64,000 nt of DNA from Bacillota bacterium (GCA_009781445.1 WQYD01000001.1:4960-68959); one strand, 5' to 3'. Counted from the stretch's first letter, positions 21,401-29,386 are shown. Notes: generated by a model not told the origin, from the sequence alone. Numbers and translations: made by a program.

Positions 21401-24400
21401 TGGGTATGTTCGGATTCTCAATTTTGCAGTGGATTCCGGGTGAAAGGTTTAGAAACGATAGTGATCCTATGAGGTTTGATCAAGCGAAAATCAATAGCTA
21501 TTTCAATTACGGCGGTTATATTTCTCAGCCAAATCAGCCTTTTGCAACTGCGTACATAATAATGTACCCCGGTTCGGGGTTTAGTGGCGATCGCCAACCC
21601 ATTCACCTTTATATAAATGTGGGCGAACTTTTCCATGCAAGAGTTAGCTTTGAGGGCATAGGTGATTTGTTTAGCGGAAACGAAACAGACGGCTTTGTTA
21701 ACAGCCTTGAATTTGATCCTTATGAGATTTTCATGGGCGGTAAATTTGTGTTGCCCACCTCTATAAGCGTTCAATTTAACGGCACAATAACAAGGAATAA
21801 TAACCCCACTCACTTCTCACTTACCACACTCTTAAGCAATGTAAGGTATAAAATTATCAATCCCTTAGGCGGTTGGCATTATATCTTAGATATTGATTAC
21901 GATTCAGAGGGGCATTTACTGCCGAATGAGTTTGGCTACCATGGTAAGAATGACACAATTAAACTTCTTATCGTGCTTATAGACGGGCAAGAGATTCCCT
22001 TTGATTTAACATTCTTAAGGCGCGTGCTGGACGAAGACGGTGTTATCCTCACTAACACAGGATTTAATTTAGGCGGTACGGCAATTTCATGGACGCTTAA
22101 CAACCGCTATTATATTGATCCCTATAACGAAGCCACGCACATATTGCCTTTAAACGCGATATTCACATTTAATGATAATGCAGTTCATAGAGAACTTGCC
22201 ACGGATTGGGAATTCGGAAACAGCAATGCGTTCAGCAAAACCCAAAGCGGATACAAGCTGATTTGGGATACCGAAAACACTTATAAGGGTGCGCAATACT
22301 TGGCTGAAGTGATTCTTGCCGATTACGGCGGTGTTGATCAGCGCGCCTTTGTGGAAATCATTGTTATTGAAAGAGCGTTACGCGAGGCTTATGACGGCTA
22401 TAAATTTATTGAAAATCCTATAACCTATCTTGCTTCGGATCTTGCGCGCGAATTAGCGGTTGACGCACCCTTCTTCCCCACGCTTGACAGTGAATTATAC
22501 AGCGCGTACACAAGCAATCTTGCCGTGCCTGTTCTTCCAAGGATTATTTGGAATATCACGGATAGTGAAATCGGCTTTGGCGGATTTAATAAGAGCATTG
22601 AGGGAAGATTGTCATACGGTAGCTTAAGCGGTGAAAGGGCTTCGGCTACAATCACCGCAAACGAATGGAAATTTATAGAAATCGTGCTTCCGCCCCCTCA
22701 AGCAGGCGAAACCACACAATTTATAAACTTTAATCCGGTAACGCTTGAAAGCGTGGCTACTTCTTTTATGGTTCGGTTTGAGGAATTAACTTCAAGCGGT
22801 GTTGTGATTAGGTTTGTTGAATTCTATCCTTTGGAAGCAATCGGAAGCCATGAAACTGAAAGCTATAAACTTCGTTCTGTAATAGATTGGGGCGAACGCA
22901 CCGCAGATTCCGCGCACGGCACTCTTGGCACAGTAAGATTCTATAACGCGCACAAGCAGGGTAGCGGGCTTATCTTTACCGCCCCTTCGCGGTACGGTTA
23001 CCGCTATATGCAGGTAAGCGTCAATCAAATAGATCTTGGATTCGGCTGGGGCGGGCATTTGCACGAACAATTCCCCCGCCCAGTTCTTGTTATTGATCCC
23101 TTTAACCCCTATGTACCCTCAACCGTTAAAGCGCGCGGAATAGATTTGGGAACAGGTGAGCCAAGCGGAATTGAATTCTTAATGAACATTAGTTACGAAT
23201 CTAAAATCCTTAATTTCAATGCGTTTATGGGTGGCGGTTATCAGGAAATTATTGCCAAGGTAGTGGCTACGGACGGCGGGCTTAGTTTTGATTTCGTAAT
23301 AGATGTGTATTATCTTAACCGCATACCTGTGGCATTCTATACCACAACTTCAGGTTTTTCCACAAATCCTGTGGCAGGCAGGTTCGTTTTGGGCAGGGTG
23401 GTGAACAATGTTCATAACACAAGTTTCTATCTTGATCCATTAAATCCTCTTACCTATGATTCTTCAAGCGGAACTTACAGAATGCCAAATGATATTATTC
23501 TTGAATTTGTAAGGGATTACGATAATTACACCGATATTGATATCAGGTTACTTCTTGAAAGCACCGCACTTAAGTTCGGATTAGAGCATACTCTCACGAA
23601 TATCAGCTTTACCCACGGCGAAATTTTACTAAGCGGTACACTAAGCGGTGCGCCCTTATATGTTTCCTTTAATAAGTATAACCTTAGCTATAACAGCAAT
23701 GACGCAGGGGTTATTACCCAAATAAACAAGGGCGAAGTTGAGCATTCCACGCCTCTTGATATCAGGTTCAGCCTGCACCTTGAAGTAAGGAACTGCACGG
23801 TTTTCTACACTTCCGTTTCCGAACCTTACTGCACAGTTTGTGATCTTCCCAAGCGTGAATTTGTGCAAGGCTTAAGAATATGCACCGAACATGATTTTAG
23901 CTTCAGCGTGCAAATTGCAAATGACGGTTGGCGCGTTGATCCTTATAATATCAGATTCCCTGAAAGGGTTCTTGTTACCTTTGTGGATATTAACCTTCCT
24001 GTGCGCGAATTTGCAATCGGCGGTGCAGGTGCTTCGGGCGCAAGGTGGATTTATGACGAAGCCTACCTTTTAAGACCGGGGGTTATTAACGGCACAGATC
24101 CTGAATCCGCCATGTTTTTACCCTGCCACTTCATTGTGCTTGGCGCAAAAATTGAAATCACATTCCCTATAGTGCCACGGCACATCAATTTGGAAAATGA
24201 AAGCAATCCGCTTGGCATGATTCCTCTTAGCGGTGGCAAACTTTTCGTGCTTAAAGGGCAACCTCTTGACGAACAGTTAAAAACACTTTATCCTTACCTC
24301 TATTATGAATTTGACACGCCAAGCGGTGGCAAGGAAATTGCGCGTGCGCCTTTATCATTCCCGTCCTTAAGCGGATTTAACACGCACGAAGCAGGCACAT

Positions 24401-27072
24401 TCCACGATCTTCGCGGTAGGCTTGGCTTAGTGGGCGCAGGCGGTAACATTGTGTTTACCCTTGAGGTTATAGATCCCAAGGTGTTCAATATCATAATGAT
24501 AAACAATGAATATTATGACGGCGGATTTATCTATGAAAAAATCGCCGTGGCAATGGGCGCAGGCGGGCAACATATCCCGGGGGCGGAAAGATCTCTTCTT
24601 CCCAGCGTAATAATTGTGAATGACAGCCGTGATTTCGTTACCTTTTACCGTGAACCAAGCTATGATATTGCAAGCGGTAAGGTAACTTTCTATTGCGAAT
24701 ACCTTTTTGCAGGGGATTTTGATTCCGCTTTAATTTACGGCAGATTTAATCCCGCCACCGATAAATATGAAAAAACCTTAAGGTTTACTTACGAAATTCC
24801 GCTTTCGGTTTACGATCATCAATTTGTGAACTTGCAGGATTCGTATTACCTTGGCAGGGTGGAAAACGGCAATAACATTGCGGTAAGTGAGATATTTATC
24901 CCTCTTGGAACTCACCTTCATTCCTCACAAATGCCCCTTGCAATCTCAAATGTTCAAGGTACTCAAGCGGTAGAACTCTTTTGGGATATTGAAAATGCGT
25001 TCAACATTTACCGTGCTTCTTCGTACAGGGCTTTCGGATATATCAAAACGCTTACGGGTGCGGATAGAAGTTTTGAACTAACAATTCATGTGGTTCAAGA
25101 TATTTTTGATAGAGAACACCATGTTCTTGGATTGTTGCCCGAAACTGGTGGCACGCTTAATAGGGATATAAATCTATGGCTAATCCGCGGTTACACAGGC
25201 ATTCCGCGCCCCCTTGAAGCTGAAATTGCTTTAGCAGATTTCTATAGGGGCGATAGAGACGGCATAAAGGGCAGACCTTCATTCGTTATGCACTACAGCG
25301 CAGACGGTGGCGAAAACTGGACGGTTGGAAGCGATCCTATTGCTGTGGGCAATTATATGCTAAGAATCACAATGACTGATTTTAATGTAAGCGGTGTTGC
25401 GTTCTATCCCTTTAGCATAGCCCCGTATCAAATTTTTGAAAACTATCCTGTTACATTCACTTTCGGGCATAGTACGATTGGCATGGTGCTTGACGCTAAT
25501 GAAAATTGGATTTATCCCGTTTTCACCAAAACATTTGATAACCTGCCCATGGTGGTTGGGGTTAATAACTTACCGCGCAATTCGCATTACGATTATATTT
25601 ATGAAAGGCGCACGGCAATCGGCGGTTGGGAACAATATATAGGGCAGTACAGCGAACCTCATTTAGTGGGCGAATACCGCTTGGTTCTGCGCCTGAATGC
25701 AGACGAAAGGAATTACACCGGTAATGCAGAATTTATGGTTTACCTTAATATAGTTAAGCATTCCGCGGATTATAGCATTTACACTTCCATGGTATATAAC
25801 GGTTGGGAACGCCACCCCGATATTCACGATAAACCTGCCGTTCTTTTAGACGGAATGGCAATTATTTACCGCTACTATTCTCAGCAAGAGGGCGGTGTAC
25901 TGCTTAATATTAACGGAATTAAGAATGTGGGGCGGTACTTCGTGGAAGTTGAGATAATCGGCGGTGATAATTATGAGGATTGGAAATCAGGGCGCACAGA
26001 GGTAAATATTACCCCCATGCTTATAACCGTGCAGATAAATAAACTTGAAAGCGAATATCTTTCCGCCCTTATGCCACGCGAATCCGCTATTTCGTTCCAT
26101 GATTTTAACGATCACAGCGCAAGCGGGCTTGTGGGCGATGATGCGCGCATTGATAGATTAAGCGAATTCAGAAGTTTCTTTAGAGTGGAATGGGTGGGCG
26201 GTACGCTTTCGCGCTGGCACACAAAGGGCATTTATAATTTAGAGTTCAGGGATATGGATTTATCACGCACGCGTATGCCTAACTATCAAATTATGGATTA
26301 CACCGATACTTCGGGCAACCGCGATATTTATGAAATCACCACCCTTGAAGGGCAACTAATTAACGGTGTTGTGGAACTGATGCACGAAATTTCCGCATTC
26401 GCCATGAATCCCACCCCCAATGTGCGCTGGTATCTCATGCCGGGGCATTATGATCATGTGGTGCTGAATATTGATTCCGCAATATCCATAATAGGCGCGT
26501 ATCAGGACGGCGATCCAAGTAAAATAGGCGTAACCTTTAGCAGTATCACAATACTTCGCGGTTCGCTTACGCTTGATATTGCAGGCTTTACCTCACGGAT
26601 AAATTCCGCCTCACTCACAATCGGCAGGTTTGCAGGCGATGTTATGGTTTCACGCACAGATTTTTCAAGCAATTTAACAGTGGGCTTCCTGTTCGGTTCG
26701 GTGGGAATCCGCGCGGAAGCGGGCTATATAGGTACACTTAACCTTGAAAATTGCCGTTTCCACGGGCTTGCCTCAGCGGTATATCTTTGGGGCGGTTCAA
26801 TAAGGGCGTCCGAATGCGTGCTTGAAAATAACCAAATAGGCATTCACGCGCAAAGCCCTGCAAGCGTTGTGCTTGTTAATAACCGCTTCTTAAGAAGCCA
26901 AACTTCTGCGGTGGTAATATTTAATAAAATAGACAGGGAAAATGTGATAATAAACGCAAACGAATTTAGGGGCAACAATACCGCAATCCGCACCCTTGCA
27001 GAACTAAACGAAGAAATTATGATGATTTCAAACACATTTGTAAATAATGCGATAGCGGTTGAGAGGCTATAA
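15436..27072 (+). CDS. Giant lipoprotein (3878 aa) with C-terminal MBG-like repeats and a right-handed parallel beta-helix region; putative adhesin or surface protein
   Basis: Uninterrupted 11.6-kb ORF, 57 bp after the previous gene with no terminator between them. Lipobox LFAC. The C-terminal ~250 aa show PbH1-like repeats (LENCRFHG..., LENNQIGIH..., VNNRFLRS..., NANEFRGNNTAI..., SNTFVNNAIA). Upstream are VGxY...NY...I modules typical of MBG domains. Confidence 0.9.
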   Translation: MKKTLKPTILILITLVLVLALFACANDGAGSGDDFVGGSGSGPVYNPPTQSEIISKINQGIRNGAEVADESVRFVKSEYTFIVQPRINVTIRYEANYNLNIRQDSEFLLKVTNNETAVNSLFFWYRHGNLYYQFNDIRIRETVPIVGSNPPRQENTGREFVGSRIEGFGGEIAFNLFFTLMRLFDLDSFFFADPDLFDVNDEFPDELNDFSMDTFAGYVASIIGMAEDKSISSLEVSHDREVINITNVVVDNLKDRINRFLRDSVRDGLGTRLDALTTILFGFNISDIGLTAINTLNAQKVSVILENETVKQVDILFNGVQSNNIDNFSLSMHYEIGTGAKAINPPALDDPRNEKNIYEPVRLGEFHYVGTVYIDSIDETFFSEIKGNLNPYDNMLNSFLVDIRNRSVGLDSSSPFYRDDSIASLFFKNEILFIGLEGYMNNYMTNSIALKDLGLPNVAFAGVDTASIFSSLLSSVIQFSSVSLSPMALLSLLSVDAGTDNGLSVLLSKINTVDGTKLEITIDKELLEILLEGDSSLSLTSFFTNLTGITPAMAESLIGGGMFDNLVLIYRYDYVTKDIELQINSGNERLCIFYLTAQKITLESGQTSFEFSAPEGFNENDYGAFVPPATVALRMDIEMQLQGVEIQNLSQLFGALIGDNSGKNSPFDFRIGDKLFIETDIWLVGEDTYLKAMFYLRRGNCTDCDKTINANEKLCLINPYINILNIYTLSTNADILLVEVKAMQGLPEISFRIPKSVVQEQLSEVQGEKGAGLFNTGSVMDIYNLLLRESSYYLMEDEYIRFALTPDMLDGVGRDPVRDIIGISGFTAVFNASIKFNMPNALYNGNENKFVVPEAIMLNDLAFDSIYEAYWQTHAEISFGAERFLFELSFTEDSAKLISGVFHYSPKARLFGLNVGYVMILRDIENGTKYIDALLEYTILIDPAEENPIPETVVVRYDDGTTGRQSFVLEGFSYTEDNIKNAMNGVPPISYRLIIGLGSMAETSFFVTVEILSRHIVTNHGSQGNIPVVAEITIDPYDFSQKRTQNSEYDPLASVRVIDLVFLNPDGTTYREQNLTFDWEFDTSFVTYAGAVVYVHSNFKELDVYLRVIVTPKFVDYISISYLDNGVKTATEERGEYTVDMLLRDTYRIPFVTSSTVEIRIYFRQAGDAEPRYRIVGAVGSGTPCEASDGWYHLSNIRWDIESAEENNLRAEGSLNPLRDGNRNTAINRGTFAFGDGYAGAQRFEMIVRAPSRLVQPETTMRCITTLVQNDGIISSDSVWEHILVSRVSHGNFGDLTYNRDGHPIEIFPRKDGATNRLPEHINMLVSYAGSVVRRAYKIEWIENSVIDADGNMKHSLMQETWLEVKGRIGNGAITQIVTLVVHNAGTDVYEIVFSFAGTESDIVHKPVPIPNPQDPQGPFIETKAEWIIKPYSNPHLPNFLRVIYLIEGEELLIEIQNPIWLRDINIQTNPSLPPIWQEETVSPTEVFPYNQGRYEVYVRLPEDKDKGLVSRKIPLVVVVEFDWLVRANYIYDITDRCNPSTVLTTGAVTVGTYEAESQSIHSLLVTYVGGQRIVNDITVGAMLSYNAGNSQEAFHGLPVSWNLNSLNTFIDCLESPLGSSLYPNGRVELFGYIYQGTVLEQRVNIWFIVPQSEITGLSFGNFAFGQSEEYYKILEIAVDLNLRLISINLDLAYALFNTTFASIYGYHSSPENHRNLLYDFIDYLFAKVGFGFEGLPGYQDHSVLYSAPPLNIFPLADGVDSVTVIFELYKLGIGSNASKFDIEFTFVRSNLPTATLSLFEEVFTAQGVFVYNDWDRGFPMPHETSVEYLLATNGNILVPTGNHLEPYRPLSPQGTRYQVNYFNLIWYSSEDYYADNGKVLLRDARVDFIPVEFFSRAEHLTFYTTLYPQGIRLSLQITFYQKNINLTAYNASGADSRYTISGGQININNIYDFYEFNPALLPNRIVPIVTSQDTSYQFKYDLAPGTPVGMFGFSILQWIPGERFRNDSDPMRFDQAKINSYFNYGGYISQPNQPFATAYIIMYPGSGFSGDRQPIHLYINVGELFHARVSFEGIGDLFSGNETDGFVNSLEFDPYEIFMGGKFVLPTSISVQFNGTITRNNNPTHFSLTTLLSNVRYKIINPLGGWHYILDIDYDSEGHLLPNEFGYHGKNDTIKLLIVLIDGQEIPFDLTFLRRVLDEDGVILTNTGFNLGGTAISWTLNNRYYIDPYNEATHILPLNAIFTFNDNAVHRELATDWEFGNSNAFSKTQSGYKLIWDTENTYKGAQYLAEVILADYGGVDQRAFVEIIVIERALREAYDGYKFIENPITYLASDLARELAVDAPFFPTLDSELYSAYTSNLAVPVLPRIIWNITDSEIGFGGFNKSIEGRLSYGSLSGERASATITANEWKFIEIVLPPPQAGETTQFINFNPVTLESVATSFMVRFEELTSSGVVIRFVEFYPLEAIGSHETESYKLRSVIDWGERTADSAHGTLGTVRFYNAHKQGSGLIFTAPSRYGYRYMQVSVNQIDLGFGWGGHLHEQFPRPVLVIDPFNPYVPSTVKARGIDLGTGEPSGIEFLMNISYESKILNFNAFMGGGYQEIIAKVVATDGGLSFDFVIDVYYLNRIPVAFYTTTSGFSTNPVAGRFVLGRVVNNVHNTSFYLDPLNPLTYDSSSGTYRMPNDIILEFVRDYDNYTDIDIRLLLESTALKFGLEHTLTNISFTHGEILLSGTLSGAPLYVSFNKYNLSYNSNDAGVITQINKGEVEHSTPLDIRFSLHLEVRNCTVFYTSVSEPYCTVCDLPKREFVQGLRICTEHDFSFSVQIANDGWRVDPYNIRFPERVLVTFVDINLPVREFAIGGAGASGARWIYDEAYLLRPGVINGTDPESAMFLPCHFIVLGAKIEITFPIVPRHINLENESNPLGMIPLSGGKLFVLKGQPLDEQLKTLYPYLYYEFDTPSGGKEIARAPLSFPSLSGFNTHEAGTFHDLRGRLGLVGAGGNIVFTLEVIDPKVFNIIMINNEYYDGGFIYEKIAVAMGAGGQHIPGAERSLLPSVIIVNDSRDFVTFYREPSYDIASGKVTFYCEYLFAGDFDSALIYGRFNPATDKYEKTLRFTYEIPLSVYDHQFVNLQDSYYLGRVENGNNIAVSEIFIPLGTHLHSSQMPLAISNVQGTQAVELFWDIENAFNIYRASSYRAFGYIKTLTGADRSFELTIHVVQDIFDREHHVLGLLPETGGTLNRDINLWLIRGYTGIPRPLEAEIALADFYRGDRDGIKGRPSFVMHYSADGGENWTVGSDPIAVGNYMLRITMTDFNVSGVAFYPFSIAPYQIFENYPVTFTFGHSTIGMVLDANENWIYPVFTKTFDNLPMVVGVNNLPRNSHYDYIYERRTAIGGWEQYIGQYSEPHLVGEYRLVLRLNADERNYTGNAEFMVYLNIVKHSADYSIYTSMVYNGWERHPDIHDKPAVLLDGMAIIYRYYSQQEGGVLLNINGIKNVGRYFVEVEIIGGDNYEDWKSGRTEVNITPMLITVQINKLESEYLSALMPRESAISFHDFNDHSASGLVGDDARIDRLSEFRSFFRVEWVGGTLSRWHTKGIYNLEFRDMDLSRTRMPNYQIMDYTDTSGNRDIYEITTLEGQLINGVVELMHEISAFAMNPTPNVRWYLMPGHYDHVVLNIDSAISIIGAYQDGDPSKIGVTFSSITILRGSLTLDIAGFTSRINSASLTIGRFAGDVMVSRTDFSSNLTVGFLFGSVGIRAEAGYIGTLNLENCRFHGLASAVYLWGGSIRASECVLENNQIGIHAQSPASVVLVNNRFLRSQTSAVVIFNKIDRENVIINANEFRGNNTAIRTLAELNEEIMMISNTFVNNAIAVERL

Positions 27073-27207
27073 CAGCGCACAGCGCACAATGCACAGCGCA
27101 CAGTGAAGGATTAATTCAGAATTAAGAATTCAGAATGCAGAATTGTGGATTGATTAACTAATAATGAGATTTAGATTCCACCATTGTGCGCTGTGCGCTG
27201 TGCGCTG
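27073..27207. repeat. [CAGCGCA]x4 - [AATTCAG-like]x4 - reverse core (27159-27182) - ATT - [GTGCGCT]x3; fills the whole convergent intergenic gap
   Basis: It begins at the base after the stop of the 3878-aa gene. The terminal arrays are inverted and could pair into a ~25-bp stem. Confidence 0.95.
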
Positions 27208-27215
27208 AAAATTCA

Positions 27216-27983
27216 TTACGCGTTCTTCATTGCAAGTTCCACGAAGAATTGAATTTTTTCAGGATTATTCATATTCTTTCCGATATAAAAATCAAGTTTT
27301 TCTGCGACTAAGGGATAATTTTCGGGGTTTTTGCAGTAATTTAGCAGAGTTGGCAGATATAAGATTTCGGCTAAATCTTTGGGAATGTCCTCTGTTTTTA
27401 AGTGCAGATTGTGGGGGCAGTGCAGTTGGCAGGCTTCACAGCCAAGGATATTTCCATTAAGTTTTTCAAAAGGGGCGGTGCTTTCCTTATAGTTGTTCAT
27501 TTCTGCGCGCAGGCATATTATTGCATTAAAGCCGTTATCAAGCGCACCCACGGGGCAGTTCTTTTTGCATAAATTGCATTTTTTGCAATATTGCTTTTCT
27601 TGGCTTAAATCAATTAGTTTTTCTTCGTAGTTTCCTAAAATATCCAAAATTTCAATGGAAACGCGCGTGCCGTAAGGGGGAATCATTAGTAGGTTATTAT
27701 TTAGCCTTAGCCCCAAACCTGCGTCATAAAAGGCTTTTTTTAAATCCCCCTTAAAGCGCACAGGGCTTAAATCCGAAAGCGCGTGCGATACCTCTTTGGC
27801 AATTCTGGTTAGCCTTGGATACGCAAGGTAGTTAGGGTTAATCTTTGCGTGAGTTTTTGGCAGGGGGTTAAAGGGCAAGTGCGGTTCGTATAAAAATATA
27901 CGCGCGCGTCCGCAATCAAGATTTTTTAAAAAATAGTTTTTTGTTATTTCGTTCAGGCGGTTTAGTGTCATACTTATCAGCAT
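27216..27983 (-). CDS. 4Fe-4S di-cluster protein, epoxyqueuosine reductase (QueG)-like, short form
   Basis: CKKCNLCKKNCPVGAL and CEACQLHCP ferredoxin-type motifs, with a QueG-like N-terminal region. The start (27983, or ATG at 27971) overlaps the upstream gene by 56-68 nt. Confidence 0.5.
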   Translation of the reverse strand: MLISMTLNRLNEITKNYFLKNLDCGRARIFLYEPHLPFNPLPKTHAKINPNYLAYPRLTRIAKEVSHALSDLSPVRFKGDLKKAFYDAGLGLRLNNNLLMIPPYGTRVSIEILDILGNYEEKLIDLSQEKQYCKKCNLCKKNCPVGALDNGFNAIICLRAEMNNYKESTAPFEKLNGNILGCEACQLHCPHNLHLKTEDIPKDLAEILYLPTLLNYCKNPENYPLVAEKLDFYIGKNMNNPEKIQFFVELAMKNA

Positions 27984-29040
27984 ACAGCACGCGCATTAAA
28001 TTGTCAACAAACGCGACTGTGGGAACGCCAAGGACAAGCCCCCAAAAGCCGAAAAGCGCACCGCCCACGGCAACGGCGAACAGCGTCCAAAATGCAGAAA
28101 TGCCCACATATTTGCCCACAATCACGGGATAAGTGGTTAATTGTTCCACTTGTTGGATAATTATAACCGCAATTAAGCCAATAACCGCTTTTTCGGGGCT
28201 TAAGGTGAAAACCAAAAGAAAACTTGCAATGCCTGCGCTAAGCGCGCCCACGATAGGAATTAAATTGCCTATTCCAAGTATAACAGAGGCAAGTGGCGCG
28301 TAAGGAACTTTTAAAAGGGTTAAAGCAATGTAGCAAGACACACCGAAGATTACCGCCTCAATTATCTGCCCCCCAAGGAAAAGCGAAAATTTATGCGTTG
28401 CGCTGGCTGTAACTGCAAGCGTCTTTTTTGCGCTGATTTCACCGCGGAAATGAGTGAGAAGCCTATAGGCTTGCTGGGCTAATTTATCCTTAGATAGGAT
28501 TGCAAGCACCGCAAGCCCCAACCCTATAATCACATTTAAACCGCCCTTTAAAAGCCCAAGAACCCTTTCACCGCCCAAATAATTTGTGCGAAACCGTGAG
28601 ATTAAGCTATCAATTTGGGTGGAAAATTTGGTGATTATGCCGTGCAAAAAGGGCGAACTCTCAAAAAGAGGCGCGATTCCCACCGCGCTAAACTCTGTAA
28701 TTTTACCTTTAAATGCGGTTAGGCTTTCCGAAACCTTGGGCGCAATAAGCAAAACCGCAAGCAAAACCGCGCCCGAAATTATGGTTAGCGTTAAAAAAAG
28801 CGAAAGCGCACGCCTTATCCTTTTAAGCCTTTTCCACTTGAAAACCGTCTTTTCAAAGAACTTTACAGGCCCGTTTAAAATTAAAGCAAAGATAATTCCG
28901 AGGAATACAGGCTGAAACGCAGATAGCACCCTACCCAAAGCCCCCCTGAAAACCGTGTAATTAAGCAGGGCAAAAAGGGCGATAAATATAGCTGTGAATG
29001 TGAAGAGTTTTTGCTTTTTGGTTAAATTGGTTAAGGGCAT
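27916..29040 (-). CDS. AI-2E family (PerM/UPF0118) transporter
   Basis: Polytopic membrane protein of ~374 aa with typical AI-2E family sequence character (LILNGPVKFFEK..., GALSAGIASFLLVF..., QQVEQLTTYPVIVGK). The start ATG is embedded in a CCCTATG heptamer array. Confidence 0.8.
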   Translation of the reverse strand: MPLTNLTKKQKLFTFTAIFIALFALLNYTVFRGALGRVLSAFQPVFLGIIFALILNGPVKFFEKTVFKWKRLKRIRRALSLFLTLTIISGAVLLAVLLIAPKVSESLTAFKGKITEFSAVGIAPLFESSPFLHGIITKFSTQIDSLISRFRTNYLGGERVLGLLKGGLNVIIGLGLAVLAILSKDKLAQQAYRLLTHFRGEISAKKTLAVTASATHKFSLFLGGQIIEAVIFGVSCYIALTLLKVPYAPLASVILGIGNLIPIVGALSAGIASFLLVFTLSPEKAVIGLIAVIIIQQVEQLTTYPVIVGKYVGISAFWTLFAVAVGGALFGFWGLVLGVPTVAFVDNLMRVLYADKYDTKPPERNNKKLFFKKS

Positions 29041-29225
29041 AGGTTATAGGGCATAGGGCATAGGGGTGGAATCTAAATCTCATTATTGAGGGTGCAGGTT
29101 GCAGGATGCAGGATGCAGGGTTGGAATCTAAATCTCATTATTAATTAATCCGTAATTTATATTTCATATTTTTCCTTAATTCTGAATTCTTAATTCTGAA
29201 TTCTTAATTAGTTATCGTACTTATT
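29041..29225. repeat. [CATAGGG]x3+core (29065-29087); [GGTGCAG/GATGCAG]x4+core (29119-29142); ATATTT-type and [ATTCTGA/ATTCTTA]x4 arrays
   Basis: Abuts, and provides, the ATG of the AI-2E transporter gene. Confidence 0.95.
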
Positions 29226-29333
29226 TAGCATACACAACCACGCGAAGAACCACGCCAAGAACCTTACATTTTGCAAAACTTACCATATTACTACAAATAA
29301 ACCGTGCTATAATTGAATGCTTTGTGCGTTTTT

Positions 29334-29362
29334 AGCCTGCAAAATAGGGGCAGGCTTTATTT
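29334..29362 (+). terminator. Terminator-like hairpin in the leader of the 29387 gene
   Basis: AGCCTGC (29334-29340) pairs with GCAGGCT (29350-29356), followed by TTTATTT. It lies ~20 nt downstream of an extended -10 (TGcTATAAT, 29305-29313). Confidence 0.4.
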
Positions 29363-29386
29363 GCGCCGTCCTGAAACAAAAATAAA

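Noticed and set aside
27916-27983. The 56-68-nt overlap between the AI-2E transporter 3' end and the QueG-like gene 5' end, as a possible programmed recoding site.
   Set aside because: There is no slippery heptamer or downstream structure. It is more simply explained by an overlapping start, or by a mis-set start that I cannot resolve without homologue alignment.
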